Of a stretch of 64,000 bases of DNA, positions 32,297-41,697 are shown in pieces. Numbering within the stretch: position 1 is the first letter of the stretch; each line of letters opens with the position of its first letter. The stretch is from positions 1,920,001 to 1,984,000 of the forward strand of contig OZ241744.1 in assembly GCA_965200965.1 (NCBI GenBank), given 5' to 3'. Made by a program: the position numbers and the translations under genes. The DNA is from an uncultured Candidatus Binatia bacterium (lineage in GTDB: Bacteria; Desulfobacterota; Binatia; Bin18). Under the pieces are notes generated by a model. It was given only the letters and a program-made list of their open reading frames with translations, was not told the DNA's origin and did no database searches.

Positions 32297-33013
32297 ATGC
32301 GAGCTCGGAGCGATTGGAGCGACTGGGCGGTCGCCCTCAAAGACGTGACCCGGACCTATCAGACCGACGGCTTGGCGGCACCCGCTTTACGCGGCCTTGA
32401 CCTCCATGTCGCCGCGGACGACTTCCTGGCCATTGCCGGGCCGTCCGGCTCGGGCAAAACCACCCTGCTGAATATCATCGGTGGACTCGATCGGGCCGAC
32501 AGCGGACAGGTGTGGGTGGCCGGCCACGATTTTCAAGCCCTGTCCAGCGGCCAGCTGGCCCGTTTGCGGCTCCACCACATCGGCTTTGTGTTTCAGGCCT
32601 ATAACCTGATCCCGGTCCTGACCGCCCGGGAGAACGCCGAGTTCACCCTGCTGCTCCAGGGGGTTCCCGAACCGCAACGGCGGGCCCGCATCGACCGGCT
32701 GTTCAGCGAGATTGGGCTGACCGGCCTTGAGGAGCGGCGGCCCACACAATTATCCGGTGGCCAGCAGCAGCGGGTGGCTGTTGCCAGGGCTATGGCAACC
32801 CAGCCGGCCCTCATCCTGGCCGATGAGCCAACCGCCAATCTCGACTCGTCCACCGCCTCGGCCCTGCTCAACGTTATGGATCAACTCAACCGCTCGCACG
32901 GCACAACATTCATCTTTTCGACCCACGACCCGCAGGTCATGGGTCGCGCCCGCCGTCTCATTCGGTTGCGGGACGGCCGGATTGTGAGTGACGAGCGGCA
33001 GCCCGGTCCCTGA
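32297..33013 (+). CDS. LolD-type ABC ATP-binding protein
   Basis: [40 protein letters not shown]. Confidence 0.93.
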   Translation: MRARSDWSDWAVALKDVTRTYQTDGLAAPALRGLDLHVAADDFLAIAGPSGSGKTTLLNIIGGLDRADSGQVWVAGHDFQALSSGQLARLRLHHIGFVFQAYNLIPVLTARENAEFTLLLQGVPEPQRRARIDRLFSEIGLTGLEERRPTQLSGGQQQRVAVARAMATQPALILADEPTANLDSSTASALLNVMDQLNRSHGTTFIFSTHDPQVMGRARRLIRLRDGRIVSDERQPGP

Positions 33014-33016
33014 GCC

Positions 33017-34240
33017 ATGACGGTCCGCCTGCGCCTTGGCCTGCTGCTCGGTGTGCTTGTCCACCTGAGTACCCCGCCCGACGCCTCAGCCCTGTGGCAG
33101 CATCACTCTGCCGACCGGTCGGTCCGTCTGAGCGGCTATATTAAAACCCTGGCTCTGGGTCAGCAGCCATCCCTGCCCGGCCTGTCGGATACGGCCACCG
33201 ACTTCACCCGGGCGCGGGTGATGCTAGAGGGTGAGGTCGGCAGTTGGCTGCGCTGGACCGTCCATTACGAGCATCTTGGCGTCATCAATCCGAGCGCCGA
33301 GACCACTACTGGACTGTTCTCCGGCGACCGCCGGGCTGGCGGCTCTTCGCTGCTGCCCTTTGAGTGGACAGCCCGGCAAAACAGCGGCTTTGTATGGCGG
33401 CACGGGCTGGACCGCGCGCATCTCCAGGTGAGCCTGCCCAGGGCCGATATCACGATTGGACGCCAAGCCCTCTCCTGGGGAGCTGGTCGGCTGTGGACGC
33501 CGGCCGACCTGTTTGTTGCCTTCTCTCCGGTTACGATTGACCAGGAGTTCAAGCCTGGGATAGACGCCGTCCGGGCCAGGGTTCCCCTGGACCAATTTTC
33601 CCAGATCGAAGCCGTCTACGCCGTGTTCGGTGTGGACTTTCGTCACCATGCCATCGGGCTGCGCGGCCAGACCAGTGTCCGGGATTTTGACCTTGGCCTG
33701 ATGGCCGGCAAGTTTTTTCACGACCTTGTGCTCGGGCCGTCCTTTGCCGGCGAAGTGCGGGGGGTCGGCATCCGGGGGGCCTTCACCTTTACCCGAAACA
33801 GCGCAGGGCGGGTCCAGGAAGCGCGGACATTTGTCCGTGCCGTCAGCAGTCTGGACTACCGTTTTCTGAGCGGTCTGTACGGCCTGCTCGAATACTATTA
33901 CAACGGCTTTGGCCAGACCGACGCTGGGGCCTACCCGCGCCTGTTTTCCTCTCGACGCCTGGCCCGGGGGGAGATCTTCAACCTCGGCCGGCACTACCTC
34001 GGCGGCCTGCTCAACTATGACTTCCACCCGCTCGTCCGCGGCAGTCTGTTCGGCCAGTGGAACCTGCTTGACCTGAGCGGCCTCGTCGGCCCGCTCATAA
34101 TCGTATCGCTCAGCGATGAGGCCGACCTGCGGCTGGGGGCCTATTTTCCGTGGGGCGACAGGATTCGTGGGGGCCGCATCCGCAGCGAGTACGGCCTGTA
34201 TCCGCGGATTTATTATGCGCAGCTGCGGCTGTATTTCTAA
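33017..34240 (+). CDS. Putative outer-membrane beta-barrel protein
   Basis: Signal peptide, IGRQALSWG..PADLF, KPGIDA, C-terminal YAQLRLYF barrel signal. Confidence 0.75.
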   Translation: MTVRLRLGLLLGVLVHLSTPPDASALWQHHSADRSVRLSGYIKTLALGQQPSLPGLSDTATDFTRARVMLEGEVGSWLRWTVHYEHLGVINPSAETTTGLFSGDRRAGGSSLLPFEWTARQNSGFVWRHGLDRAHLQVSLPRADITIGRQALSWGAGRLWTPADLFVAFSPVTIDQEFKPGIDAVRARVPLDQFSQIEAVYAVFGVDFRHHAIGLRGQTSVRDFDLGLMAGKFFHDLVLGPSFAGEVRGVGIRGAFTFTRNSAGRVQEARTFVRAVSSLDYRFLSGLYGLLEYYYNGFGQTDAGAYPRLFSSRRLARGEIFNLGRHYLGGLLNYDFHPLVRGSLFGQWNLLDLSGLVGPLIIVSLSDEADLRLGAYFPWGDRIRGGRIRSEYGLYPRIYYAQLRLYF

Positions 34241-34307
34241 AGGAAGAAAACTCTGGCCTCTCAGACTCATCAGCCAGAACAGCCACAGACGTGAAAGGAG
34301 AGTCACC

Positions 34308-34540
34308 ATGTCCTCACCCGCTGTCACCACCCTGGTCAAGATGATGGAGGCATTGCCTGAAACCGTACAGGATCAAGTCGTCCGGCATCTGCGTGAGTAT
34401 CTTGGGCCGAGTTGTACGACGAGCAACAGTGGGACGCTACCTTCACAAAGACCCGTGCGCAACTGACGGCTGCGGCACGGCTCGCAAAACAAGACATTGC
34501 GGCTGGACAGGCAAAACCCCTGGACCCGGAGAAATTGTGA
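34308..34540 (+). pseudogene. Frameshifted putative antitoxin
   Basis: AAGGAG SD; MSSPAVTTLVKMMEALPETVQDQVVRHLREYL, frameshift near 34404, then AELYDEQQWDATFTKTRAQLTAAARLAKQDIAAGQAKPLDPEKL*. Confidence 0.7.
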
Positions 34541-34799
34541 AGTCCGCCGCCCTGCCTTCCTTTTGGCGAGCCTACCGGCCTCTCAACTAGGCTCTCAAAC
34601 AGAGAGCCAGAAAAGCCTATCGTTTACAGGGATACAATCCGTTCATCCCTCCCCGCACTTCAAGTGCCTCAACGCCAAAGAAAACATCTGGGCAGTACGA
34701 ATAACCCGGGGCTACCAAGCACTTGGCATATGGGAGGGAGGCGCAGTGACATGGTTCTGGACAGGTAGTCACGACGATTATGGGCAGTTTTTTTCCCGA
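34537..34799 (+). pseudogene. Disrupted RelE/ParE-like toxin
   Basis: GTGA overlap; VKSAALPSFWRAYRPLN*ALKQRARKAYRL..NPF, frameshift, HPSPHFKC..IWAVRITRGYQALG..WFWTGSHDDY. Confidence 0.75.
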
Positions 34800-34821
34800 C
34801 AGAGACGCGCTCCTGCTCAGC

Positions 34822-36012
34822 CTAGCGCCGCACGGCCGGTGCCTCAACCCCAAGACCCCGTCCCCGCCAGGCCAGATACAACTCAAGATTGACGTACTCG
34901 TCCGCCCCGTAGGCGAGCGGTTCGGCCCGGATAGCCGTATTGCACCAGGCAAACATGCGGTGGCTGGAGCCAAGGGTCTGCCAAGTGTGGCGATAGACCG
35001 GAAAGCCGTTGATCTGCCCCTGGCTGATGACCTCACCGCGCAGGCGTTGACCGGCATATCGTTCGTGACAATGGGCGCAGGCCATGTCGAGCTGACCCCG
35101 CCGGCGCTCAAAAAACGCCCTGCCGGCCTCAAAAAACGGCTTGGCCGGCCCCTCGATATCGACCTCCAGCGGCATGCCGCGCGACTCGAAGCTGAGCAGC
35201 GCGGTCAGGGCTAGCAACTCTTCGGATTCATACGCATAGGCGACCGCCCCGAGGCGTTCTTCACGGCAGCGGTTGATCTGTTGTTCGAGATTGATCAGCC
35301 TCTTGCGACGGGCGTCAAAACGGGGAAAGCGTGCGCGTGTCCCGCGCAGGTCGCTCGCCGCATGACAGCTCACGCACGACTTCTGGCTCGGACCGTGCGG
35401 TTGTGCCCACAGCTCGCCACCGCGCTCAACCCACAACAGGCCCGGATTGCCAAAGGGGTCGTCCTGCAAGCGTCTGTTTTCCTCGGACAGATAGGTAGAG
35501 CCCGAGCGGCGGCCGTCAACGCGATACGGATGGGCGAACGGCACGGTGGCTGGCGGTGGTGGCGGGGGAGCCGGTCCGTCGGTTCGCAGGCTGAGGAGAT
35601 AGGCAAGCACATCCTCAAGCTCTTGGGCATTCAGGATCGGCTTGCCGCGGTATCGCTCAAGGACCCGGTGTAAGCCGCGGGTTGTGGCATAGGCCGGCAT
35701 GATGGTGGCGGGGTTGAAGAGCTTGGGATTGACCAGGCGTAAGCGGAGCTCAGCCGCGGAATAGCGGCTGCCGACCCCATCCAGGGGCAGGCCCAGCGTC
35801 CCGTGAAACCGGCGCTCGGGCAGCGGCATGGCGTGACAGATCACGCAGTCGCCCCGCTGGCTGTCAAGCGCAATACGCCGCCCCCGTTCCACATCGCCGG
35901 GCTGTGCGGTAGGCGCGGGCGGCATCACACTGGCGCTGTCACCGGCAAGGCCAAGGCTCAGCCCGCCCACACCGACCAAGGCGGCCAAGACGACAACGAC
36001 AGCTCTCAACAT
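34822..36012 (-). CDS. soxXA: SoxX-SoxA fusion triheme cytochrome c
   Basis: Signal peptide; SoxX part CVICH..TIMPAY; Pro-rich linker; SoxA part NPGLLWV, CVSCH, INRCR, CAHCH, FPVYR, WCN..RAEP, LELYL..RGRG..PAVR. Confidence 0.88.
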   Translation of the reverse strand: MLRAVVVVLAALVGVGGLSLGLAGDSASVMPPAPTAQPGDVERGRRIALDSQRGDCVICHAMPLPERRFHGTLGLPLDGVGSRYSAAELRLRLVNPKLFNPATIMPAYATTRGLHRVLERYRGKPILNAQELEDVLAYLLSLRTDGPAPPPPPPATVPFAHPYRVDGRRSGSTYLSEENRRLQDDPFGNPGLLWVERGGELWAQPHGPSQKSCVSCHAASDLRGTRARFPRFDARRKRLINLEQQINRCREERLGAVAYAYESEELLALTALLSFESRGMPLEVDIEGPAKPFFEAGRAFFERRRGQLDMACAHCHERYAGQRLRGEVISQGQINGFPVYRHTWQTLGSSHRMFAWCNTAIRAEPLAYGADEYVNLELYLAWRGRGLGVEAPAVRR

Positions 36013-36013
36013 C

Positions 36014-37276
36014 CTAGCCAAAGGTATCAGATGTGATATTGGCGTACCACGACCGGGCATACTCGGCCTCCAGGGCACGGATCGCGTCTGGTGCATCAAG
36101 CGGACTGGTCCCGCTTGAGCTGGGCGCAATTGTGTTGTTTTCAACACGGTAGACCGCGGTAATGGAAATCGCGTAGTCAGGCGCGACCAGGCTGTAGCAG
36201 GTGTTCATCAGGACCGGCTCTGGCCGCGGCTTGCCGCGGAGTTGGGCGACAATCGCCAGCGCGCAGGCTTTGGCCTGGACATTGGCGCTGAAAGCCGACT
36301 TGGGCATGGGGTTGGCGAGGGCAGCATCGCCAATAATATGCACATCCGGGTGGACGGTTGATGCAAAACTGCGGCCTTTGATCGGACACCAGCCTGTGTC
36401 CCGGTCCAGCCCGGCAGTCCGGGCAATGGCCGCGGCCTGTTGTGGCGCAATGATATTGGCCACCGCGGGTTTATATTCCTCAAATTCGGTGCGGACGACA
36501 CCGGCCCGGCTATCAACCCCGATGACCCGTCCGCCCTGGGCCGCCGGCACCCATTCAAGCAGACCAGGATAGAAGCGCTGCCAGGCGGCCAGAAACAGGG
36601 TGTCCTTGGTGAAGCTGTCCTTAGCGTCCAGGATCAGGAGTTTTGAGTTGGGCTTAGCGCGTGTGAGGTAGTGGGCGATGAGACTCGCTCGCTCGTAGGG
36701 GCCTGGCGGACAGCGGTAAGGCGTTTCCGGGACGCTGATCACCACCAGCCCGCCATCGGGCATGGTTTGGAGTTGACGCCGCAACAGGAGCGTTTGCGGC
36801 CCGGCCTGCCAGGCGTGGGGGAAGACCTCGGCTGCCGCCCGGTCGTAGCCCTCCAGCACTCCCCAGCGCAGCCCAATACCCGGCGAGAGGACGAGTTTGT
36901 CGTAGGCCAAGGTCCGGCCGTCGGCCAGCCAGAGACGATGGCGGGCTGGATCAAGCCGGGTGGCCTGGCCGTGGATGAGCCGCATGCCGTAGCGTTCCTG
37001 GAGGGCATGGTGGCTATAGGTCAGGGAGGCAAGGTCGCGCAGACCGACCAGGGCGGCGTTGCTGAACGGACAGCTGATAAACCACTCCTCCGCGGTCACC
37101 AGGCTGACTTCCAGCCCGGGGTCGGCCTGGCGCAGGTATTTGGCGCAGGTCGACCCGCCAAAGCCGCCGCCAACCACCACGACCCGCGCCGAGGTTTTTG
37201 CTGAGGCGCGGCACCTCGGCAGCCCGGCGAGGGGCAGGCTGGCAGCGGTGCTGAGCAGCTGGCGACGGGTCAGCAT
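36014..37276 (-). CDS. fccB: Flavocytochrome c sulfide dehydrogenase flavoprotein subunit (FccB/SoxF)
   Basis: Tat signal TRRQLL, GGGFGG, SCPFSN, YRCPPGPYERA, MPKSAFSAN, NTCYS. Confidence 0.93.
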   Translation of the reverse strand: MLTRRQLLSTAASLPLAGLPRCRASAKTSARVVVVGGGFGGSTCAKYLRQADPGLEVSLVTAEEWFISCPFSNAALVGLRDLASLTYSHHALQERYGMRLIHGQATRLDPARHRLWLADGRTLAYDKLVLSPGIGLRWGVLEGYDRAAAEVFPHAWQAGPQTLLLRRQLQTMPDGGLVVISVPETPYRCPPGPYERASLIAHYLTRAKPNSKLLILDAKDSFTKDTLFLAAWQRFYPGLLEWVPAAQGGRVIGVDSRAGVVRTEFEEYKPAVANIIAPQQAAAIARTAGLDRDTGWCPIKGRSFASTVHPDVHIIGDAALANPMPKSAFSANVQAKACALAIVAQLRGKPRPEPVLMNTCYSLVAPDYAISITAVYRVENNTIAPSSSGTSPLDAPDAIRALEAEYARSWYANITSDTFG

Positions 37277-37312
37277 GAGCTTACGGCATGTCCTTGGGAG
37301 CCTGCGTACATG

Positions 37313-37630
37313 TCACGATTTGGTGAAATGGGCGGCTACGGCCTCAATATCCGCGGCGGCAAGCCCCCTGGCAATGGAGGGCATGACGGTCCCCCCGCGG
37401 CCTCCGGTCCGAAACGCCTGCATGGCCTGCCTGAAGGCGTCAGCTGACAGCCCGTCAAGCCCGGGAATCGCCCCCTGACTGCGGCCTTCAGGACCGTGGC
37501 AGACGACGCAGGCCGCGGCCAGGGCCTCGCCTCGGGCGGACGGGGGGCCTGCGCTGGCCGAACTGGCGAGCGGCAGGCCCGGGAACAGGTCCAGGATCAG
37601 GACTAGGCACAGGACCGGAAGCGGTGTCAC
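37313..37630 (-). CDS. Monoheme cytochrome c subunit (FccA-like)
   Basis: GTG overlapping the soxZ stop, signal peptide, CVVCHG, TVMPSIARG. Confidence 0.85.
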   Translation of the reverse strand: MTPLPVLCLVLILDLFPGLPLASSASAGPPSARGEALAAACVVCHGPEGRSQGAIPGLDGLSADAFRQAMQAFRTGGRGGTVMPSIARGLAAADIEAVAAHFTKS

Positions 37631-37950
37631 GCGCTGACCGTAATGGCGACCCGCTCGGAGGTGGTGGTGCCGTCGTCGTCTGTCCACATGAACTCCAGTT
37701 CTCCCGAAGAGTGCGCGGTGGTGAAAAACGAAAAATAGGGGTTGGCGGCAATGCCGGGAAACAGCTCGGCGTGAAAAACCGGCTGGCCGTTATACCGACA
37801 GATGAGGGTATGGACGATGTTCTTGGGAATTGTGCGGCCCACATTGTCATACCGCTGGCCGGTTTCCATAGGATGACGGATGAGGAGGCGGACCTCAAAG
37901 ACCTGCCCGCGGGTGAGCGTCCGGGGAACATGGATTCTGGCGGTGGCCAC
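37627..37950 (-). CDS. soxZ: SoxZ-family carrier subunit
   Basis: LIRHPMETGQR, IAANPYFSF, WTDDDG. Confidence 0.9.
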   Translation of the reverse strand: MATARIHVPRTLTRGQVFEVRLLIRHPMETGQRYDNVGRTIPKNIVHTLICRYNGQPVFHAELFPGIAANPYFSFFTTAHSSGELEFMWTDDDGTTTSERVAITVSA

Positions 37951-37953
37951 TGT

Positions 37954-38418
37954 TCAGAGCCCTTCGCCGCAGGCCGCGGCAGTGACTACGACGTGTGCGG
38001 AAGCCAGCCACGCCGAGCCGTCGTTCATCTCGGCCAACGCCACTACCCGCTGTGTGCCGGCCAGCCGAATCCGGGTGCTCACCTCGGCCCGTCCGGTCTG
38101 CGGACTGAGGGAAAAGCGGGCAATGATCGGCTGGGGGTTTTTTTCAGCAAAGATATGGATACGCTTGACATGCGCCTTGGCAGTCATGGGGCTTTCGACC
38201 CGGACGCTGAGGCGTACCGAGTTGCCGCTTTCGGCCAGGGCCGGCAGGCTGAGTCTGACCCGCCCGGGGCGGGGCGGCCGCCCGCCCGTTGCCTCACGAA
38301 TCAGGGGCCGGAGCCTGTTGGGCACGGTGGCGGAGGCCGGGCGGGGGATGAGGAGCGGCACAAGCAGCAGGCCTAGCAGCCGGCGGCGGGGCAGGCGGTC
38401 AGACCAGGCGGAACTCAT
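37954..38418 (-). CDS. SoxY-related carrier protein with AAC-type arm
   Basis: RR signal, PALAESGNSV, EKNPQP, STRIRLAGTQ, C-terminus VVVTAAACGEGL instead of VTIGGCGG. Confidence 0.85.
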   Translation of the reverse strand: MSSAWSDRLPRRRLLGLLLVPLLIPRPASATVPNRLRPLIREATGGRPPRPGRVRLSLPALAESGNSVRLSVRVESPMTAKAHVKRIHIFAEKNPQPIIARFSLSPQTGRAEVSTRIRLAGTQRVVALAEMNDGSAWLASAHVVVTAAACGEGL

Positions 38419-40573
38419 GGCACGTGAGCGGCAGCGAGCGGATGCGTTTGCCGGTAGCGGCGAACAGCGCGTTGCACAAGGCCGGTGCCAGCGGGGCCAT
38501 GCCCGGCTCTCCGACCCCGCCCCAAAAGCCGCCGCTGGGGGCCAGGATCGTTTCGACCTTGGGCATCTCGGCAATCCGCATCATCGGATAGTTATGAAAA
38601 TTGGACTGTTCAACCCGACCGTCCCTAATGGTGATCTCGCCGTACAGGGCAGCGGTCAGCGCATACACTACGCTGCCTTCGAGCTGATCCCGCACTGAGT
38701 CGGGATTGACGACATAGCCGCAGTCAATGCCGACGAGGACCCGGTGGATGTGGAACTCGCCGGGGGCGCGCAGCGATAGCTCAATCACGGCCGCGGTATA
38801 GCTGCCGTAGGAGTCCTGTACGGCAATGCCGCGATGCACGCCCTCAGGCGCTGGCGTGTTCCAGTGTGCGGCCTTGGCTACGGCGTCAAGAATGGCCAAG
38901 TCTTTGGGGGCCTCGGCCAGGAGTTTGCGGCGGAACTGATACGGGTCCTGACCGGCCGCCTGGGCGAGTTCGTCAATAAAGCACTCCCGAAAGAAGGGGT
39001 TATGGGTATGAGCTACTGCCCGCCATGGCCCGGGCGGCACATGGGTGTTACGCATGGCGTATTCCATTCGCATATGGGGAAAGGCGTAGGGCGTGTCGGC
39101 AAAGGTCCGAACGCCGACCAGATCAACCCCGTCGCGGACGAGGCTGGGCCAGGCCTCGGCGAAAATCGACGGCTCGGCCTGACGCACAAACCAGGCCGTT
39201 GGCTGGCCCGAGGCGTCGAGGCCGGCTTTCATGCGAACGAGGGCTACCGGTCGATAGCGGCCGTGCTGGATATCCTCTTCTCTGGACCAGATCAGCTTGA
39301 CCGGGACGCCGGGCATGGTTGTGGCGATCGTAACCGCCTGGCGCACAAACTCGATAAAACGCCCCCGACGGCCAAAGCCGCCTCCTAAGTGGACTTTGTG
39401 AACCTCAACCTGATGAATCGCCACCTGGGCGGTTTCGGCGGCCACGGCTGCGGTGGCCTCGCTGTTCTGGCACGGGGCCCAGACATCGACACGGCTGGCG
39501 GCGTACAGCGCTGTGCAGTTCTGGGGTTCCATAGTGGCGTGTTCGAGGTAGGGCGCGGAGTATTCGGCCTCAACCGTCTGTGCCGCGGTGGATAAGGCGG
39601 CCTCAACATCTCCCTGCTGGCGGGAGACCGGGGCCTGTTTGAGGGCGATGCCCTCGCGCAGGAAGTCCATAATACTGGCGCTGCTGACGTTGGCGTTGTC
39701 GCCAAAATCCCACTCAATCGGCAGGGCGCGGAGCGCCTGGTGGGCGTTCCACCAGCTTTCCTTGGCCACTACAATGACCGCGTCTTCCAGGGGCAGGACT
39801 TTGAGCACCCCGCGCATGTCGGCGATTTTTTCAGCCGCGGCACTCTTCAGCCGGCCGCCAAACACCGGGCACTGGGCAATGGCGGCGTAGACCATGCCCG
39901 GCAGCCGGGTATCAATCGCAAACGCGGTCGTGCCGGTCACTTTGTCGGGTATATCGAAGCGAGCCGTGGGCCGCCCGATGAGGGTCCAGTCTGCGGGGTC
40001 TTTGAGCGGTGGGTCGGCGGGGATCGGCAGCTTGGCGGCCTCAGCCGCTACCTCGCCGAAACGCAGCCGGCGGTCTGTCCGCGGGTGGCTGATGAGGCCC
40101 TCCTCGGCCACACACTCGGCGACCGGTACGCCCCACCGTCGGGCCGCGGCGGTGGTGAGCATAATCCGGGCCGCGGCCCCGGCTTGGCGCAGATACTCGT
40201 GGCTGTCACGGATCGACCGGCTGCCTCCGGTCAGCATCGGGCCGTAGATGCGGTTGCGCCGGAGGTGTTCGCTGGTAGACGCATACTCGGCCCGGACTTT
40301 GCCCCAGTCACAGGCCATCTCTTCGGCAACCAGCAGCGGCAGGCCGGTGAAGCTGCCCTGGCCCATTTCCACCCGGGCTACCCGTATGGTGATGCTATCG
40401 TCTGGGTGAACCAGAATCCAGGCGGTGACTTCCGGGTCGGATTCACCAGCTGGGGGCGGCTGACCCTCAGCCAAAGCCCAGCCGGGAAGCGTAACTTCCA
40501 GCAGCAGGCCGCCGCCAACCGTGGCAGACCGGAGGAGAAACGAACGACGGGAGAGATTCGACGCCTGTTGCAT
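38399..40573 (-). CDS. Xanthine oxidase-family molybdopterin large subunit (IorB-like)
   Basis: SRRSFL Tat-like motif, EMGQG, TGGSRS, HATMEP, GGGFGRR, WSREED, GVGEP. Confidence 0.92.
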   Translation of the reverse strand: MQQASNLSRRSFLLRSATVGGGLLLEVTLPGWALAEGQPPPAGESDPEVTAWILVHPDDSITIRVARVEMGQGSFTGLPLLVAEEMACDWGKVRAEYASTSEHLRRNRIYGPMLTGGSRSIRDSHEYLRQAGAAARIMLTTAAARRWGVPVAECVAEEGLISHPRTDRRLRFGEVAAEAAKLPIPADPPLKDPADWTLIGRPTARFDIPDKVTGTTAFAIDTRLPGMVYAAIAQCPVFGGRLKSAAAEKIADMRGVLKVLPLEDAVIVVAKESWWNAHQALRALPIEWDFGDNANVSSASIMDFLREGIALKQAPVSRQQGDVEAALSTAAQTVEAEYSAPYLEHATMEPQNCTALYAASRVDVWAPCQNSEATAAVAAETAQVAIHQVEVHKVHLGGGFGRRGRFIEFVRQAVTIATTMPGVPVKLIWSREEDIQHGRYRPVALVRMKAGLDASGQPTAWFVRQAEPSIFAEAWPSLVRDGVDLVGVRTFADTPYAFPHMRMEYAMRNTHVPPGPWRAVAHTHNPFFRECFIDELAQAAGQDPYQFRRKLLAEAPKDLAILDAVAKAAHWNTPAPEGVHRGIAVQDSYGSYTAAVIELSLRAPGEFHIHRVLVGIDCGYVVNPDSVRDQLEGSVVYALTAALYGEITIRDGRVEQSNFHNYPMMRIAEMPKVETILAPSGGFWGGVGEPGMAPLAPALCNALFAATGKRIRSLPLTCHEFRLV

Positions 40574-40583
40574 TATCGCCCCC

Positions 40584-41042
40584 TCATGCCTGTGTGGCCG
40601 ACTTGGCCGCGGTATGAATGGCGGCCCGAATCCGCGCATAGGTTCCGCAGCGGCAGATATTGGTGATGAACTCGTTGATATCGGTGTCGGTCGGCTTGGG
40701 CTTTTTTGCCAGCAGGGCCGCGGCTGCCATAATCATCCCGGTCTGACAATAGCCGCACTGCGGCACCTGATGCGCAACCCAGGCCCGCTGCAAGGCGTGG
40801 CTGCCCTCTTTGGACAGCCCCTCTATGGTCGTGATGTCCTTGCCGGCAGCGATCGAGACCGGCATCACGCACGAGCGCACCGCCTCGCCGTCCAGATGGA
40901 CAGTACACGCCCCGCACAGGGACATCCCACAGCCGTACTTTGCTCCGGTCAGCCCCAGGATATCCCGCAGCACCCACAGCAGGCGCATATCGGGGCTGAT
41001 ATCGAGACGGTGTTCTGTTCCGTTTACGGTCAGCACAATCAT
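40584..41042 (-). CDS. [2Fe-2S] small subunit (IorA-like)
   Basis: [30 protein letters not shown]. Confidence 0.94.
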   Translation of the reverse strand: MIVLTVNGTEHRLDISPDMRLLWVLRDILGLTGAKYGCGMSLCGACTVHLDGEAVRSCVMPVSIAAGKDITTIEGLSKEGSHALQRAWVAHQVPQCGYCQTGMIMAAAALLAKKPKPTDTDINEFITNICRCGTYARIRAAIHTAAKSATQA

Positions 41043-41062
41043 AACGGTCTCCCTTGTCTTCG

Positions 41063-41695
41063 CTACATCATATGCGGGGACAGCCCTAGGTCAGCCAAGT
41101 CCTGCCAGTAGGCTTCGGCGGGGACCATGCCGATCTGGCGCTTTTTGCCGCCCATAATGACCGTCGGCACGGCGCTGATCAGGTAGCTATCAACCGCCTC
41201 AAGGCACTGCTGGCGCACGGTATCCTGAAACGCCTTGTCCTCAATATCGCGCAGGAACGCGGTCATATCCAGACCGCAGGTACGCGCGACCGCTACGAGG
41301 TTGTCCTTGTCAATGAGACTCTTGCTGTCAATGAAAAAAGCCCGAAACAGCCCGGTATGAAAGTTCAGGAAGAGGTCCTCGCCCTGACGTTGGGCGGCCA
41401 CGCCGGCTTCCAGGCCCGGCATACTCCAGCGCGGAAACTCTTCGTGCGGCCACATGGTGTAGGACAGGCTGTCCGGCTCGGCCAGGGACGAGGCGTGTTG
41501 CCAGGCATATTCCACACGGCTGCCGCTGAACTGAAACGGCCGGGGGTCGTAGTGCGGACGGAGGGCGAACGGGTGCCACTTGATGCTGACCCGTTCGCCG
41601 TAGTGCTGTTTGATCTGGTGCAGGCGCACGGCCGCTGGATAACACCAGGGTCACAGATAGTCAGAGAACTCGAGGATTTCGATTGGAGCGTCCAT
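41063..41695 (-). CDS. DsbA/FrnE-family thiol-disulfide oxidoreductase, predicted selenoprotein (U15xxC18)
   Basis: ATG 41695 with AGGAGAG SD: [27 protein letters not shown], continuing in frame into ORF 41063..41629 (ISAVPT cis-Pro loop); TGA at 41653-41651 sits at the first Cys of CxxC. Confidence 0.88.
41615..41648 (-). promoter_or_regulatory. Candidate bacterial SECIS hairpin
   Basis: Starts 2 nt after the UGA: CUGGUG..CACCAG lower stem enclosing a CAG..CUG upper stem with a G-containing apex. Confidence 0.45.
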
Positions 41696-41697
41696 GT

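Noticed and set aside
34822-38418. Complete canonical Sox thiosulfate pathway
   Set aside because: No soxB, soxC or soxD in the window, and SoxY lacks the GGCGG arm
41651-41653. TGA read as Trp or Gly (genetic code 4 or 25)
   Set aside because: TGA ends many genes here at expected positions, and this one aligns with a catalytic Cys
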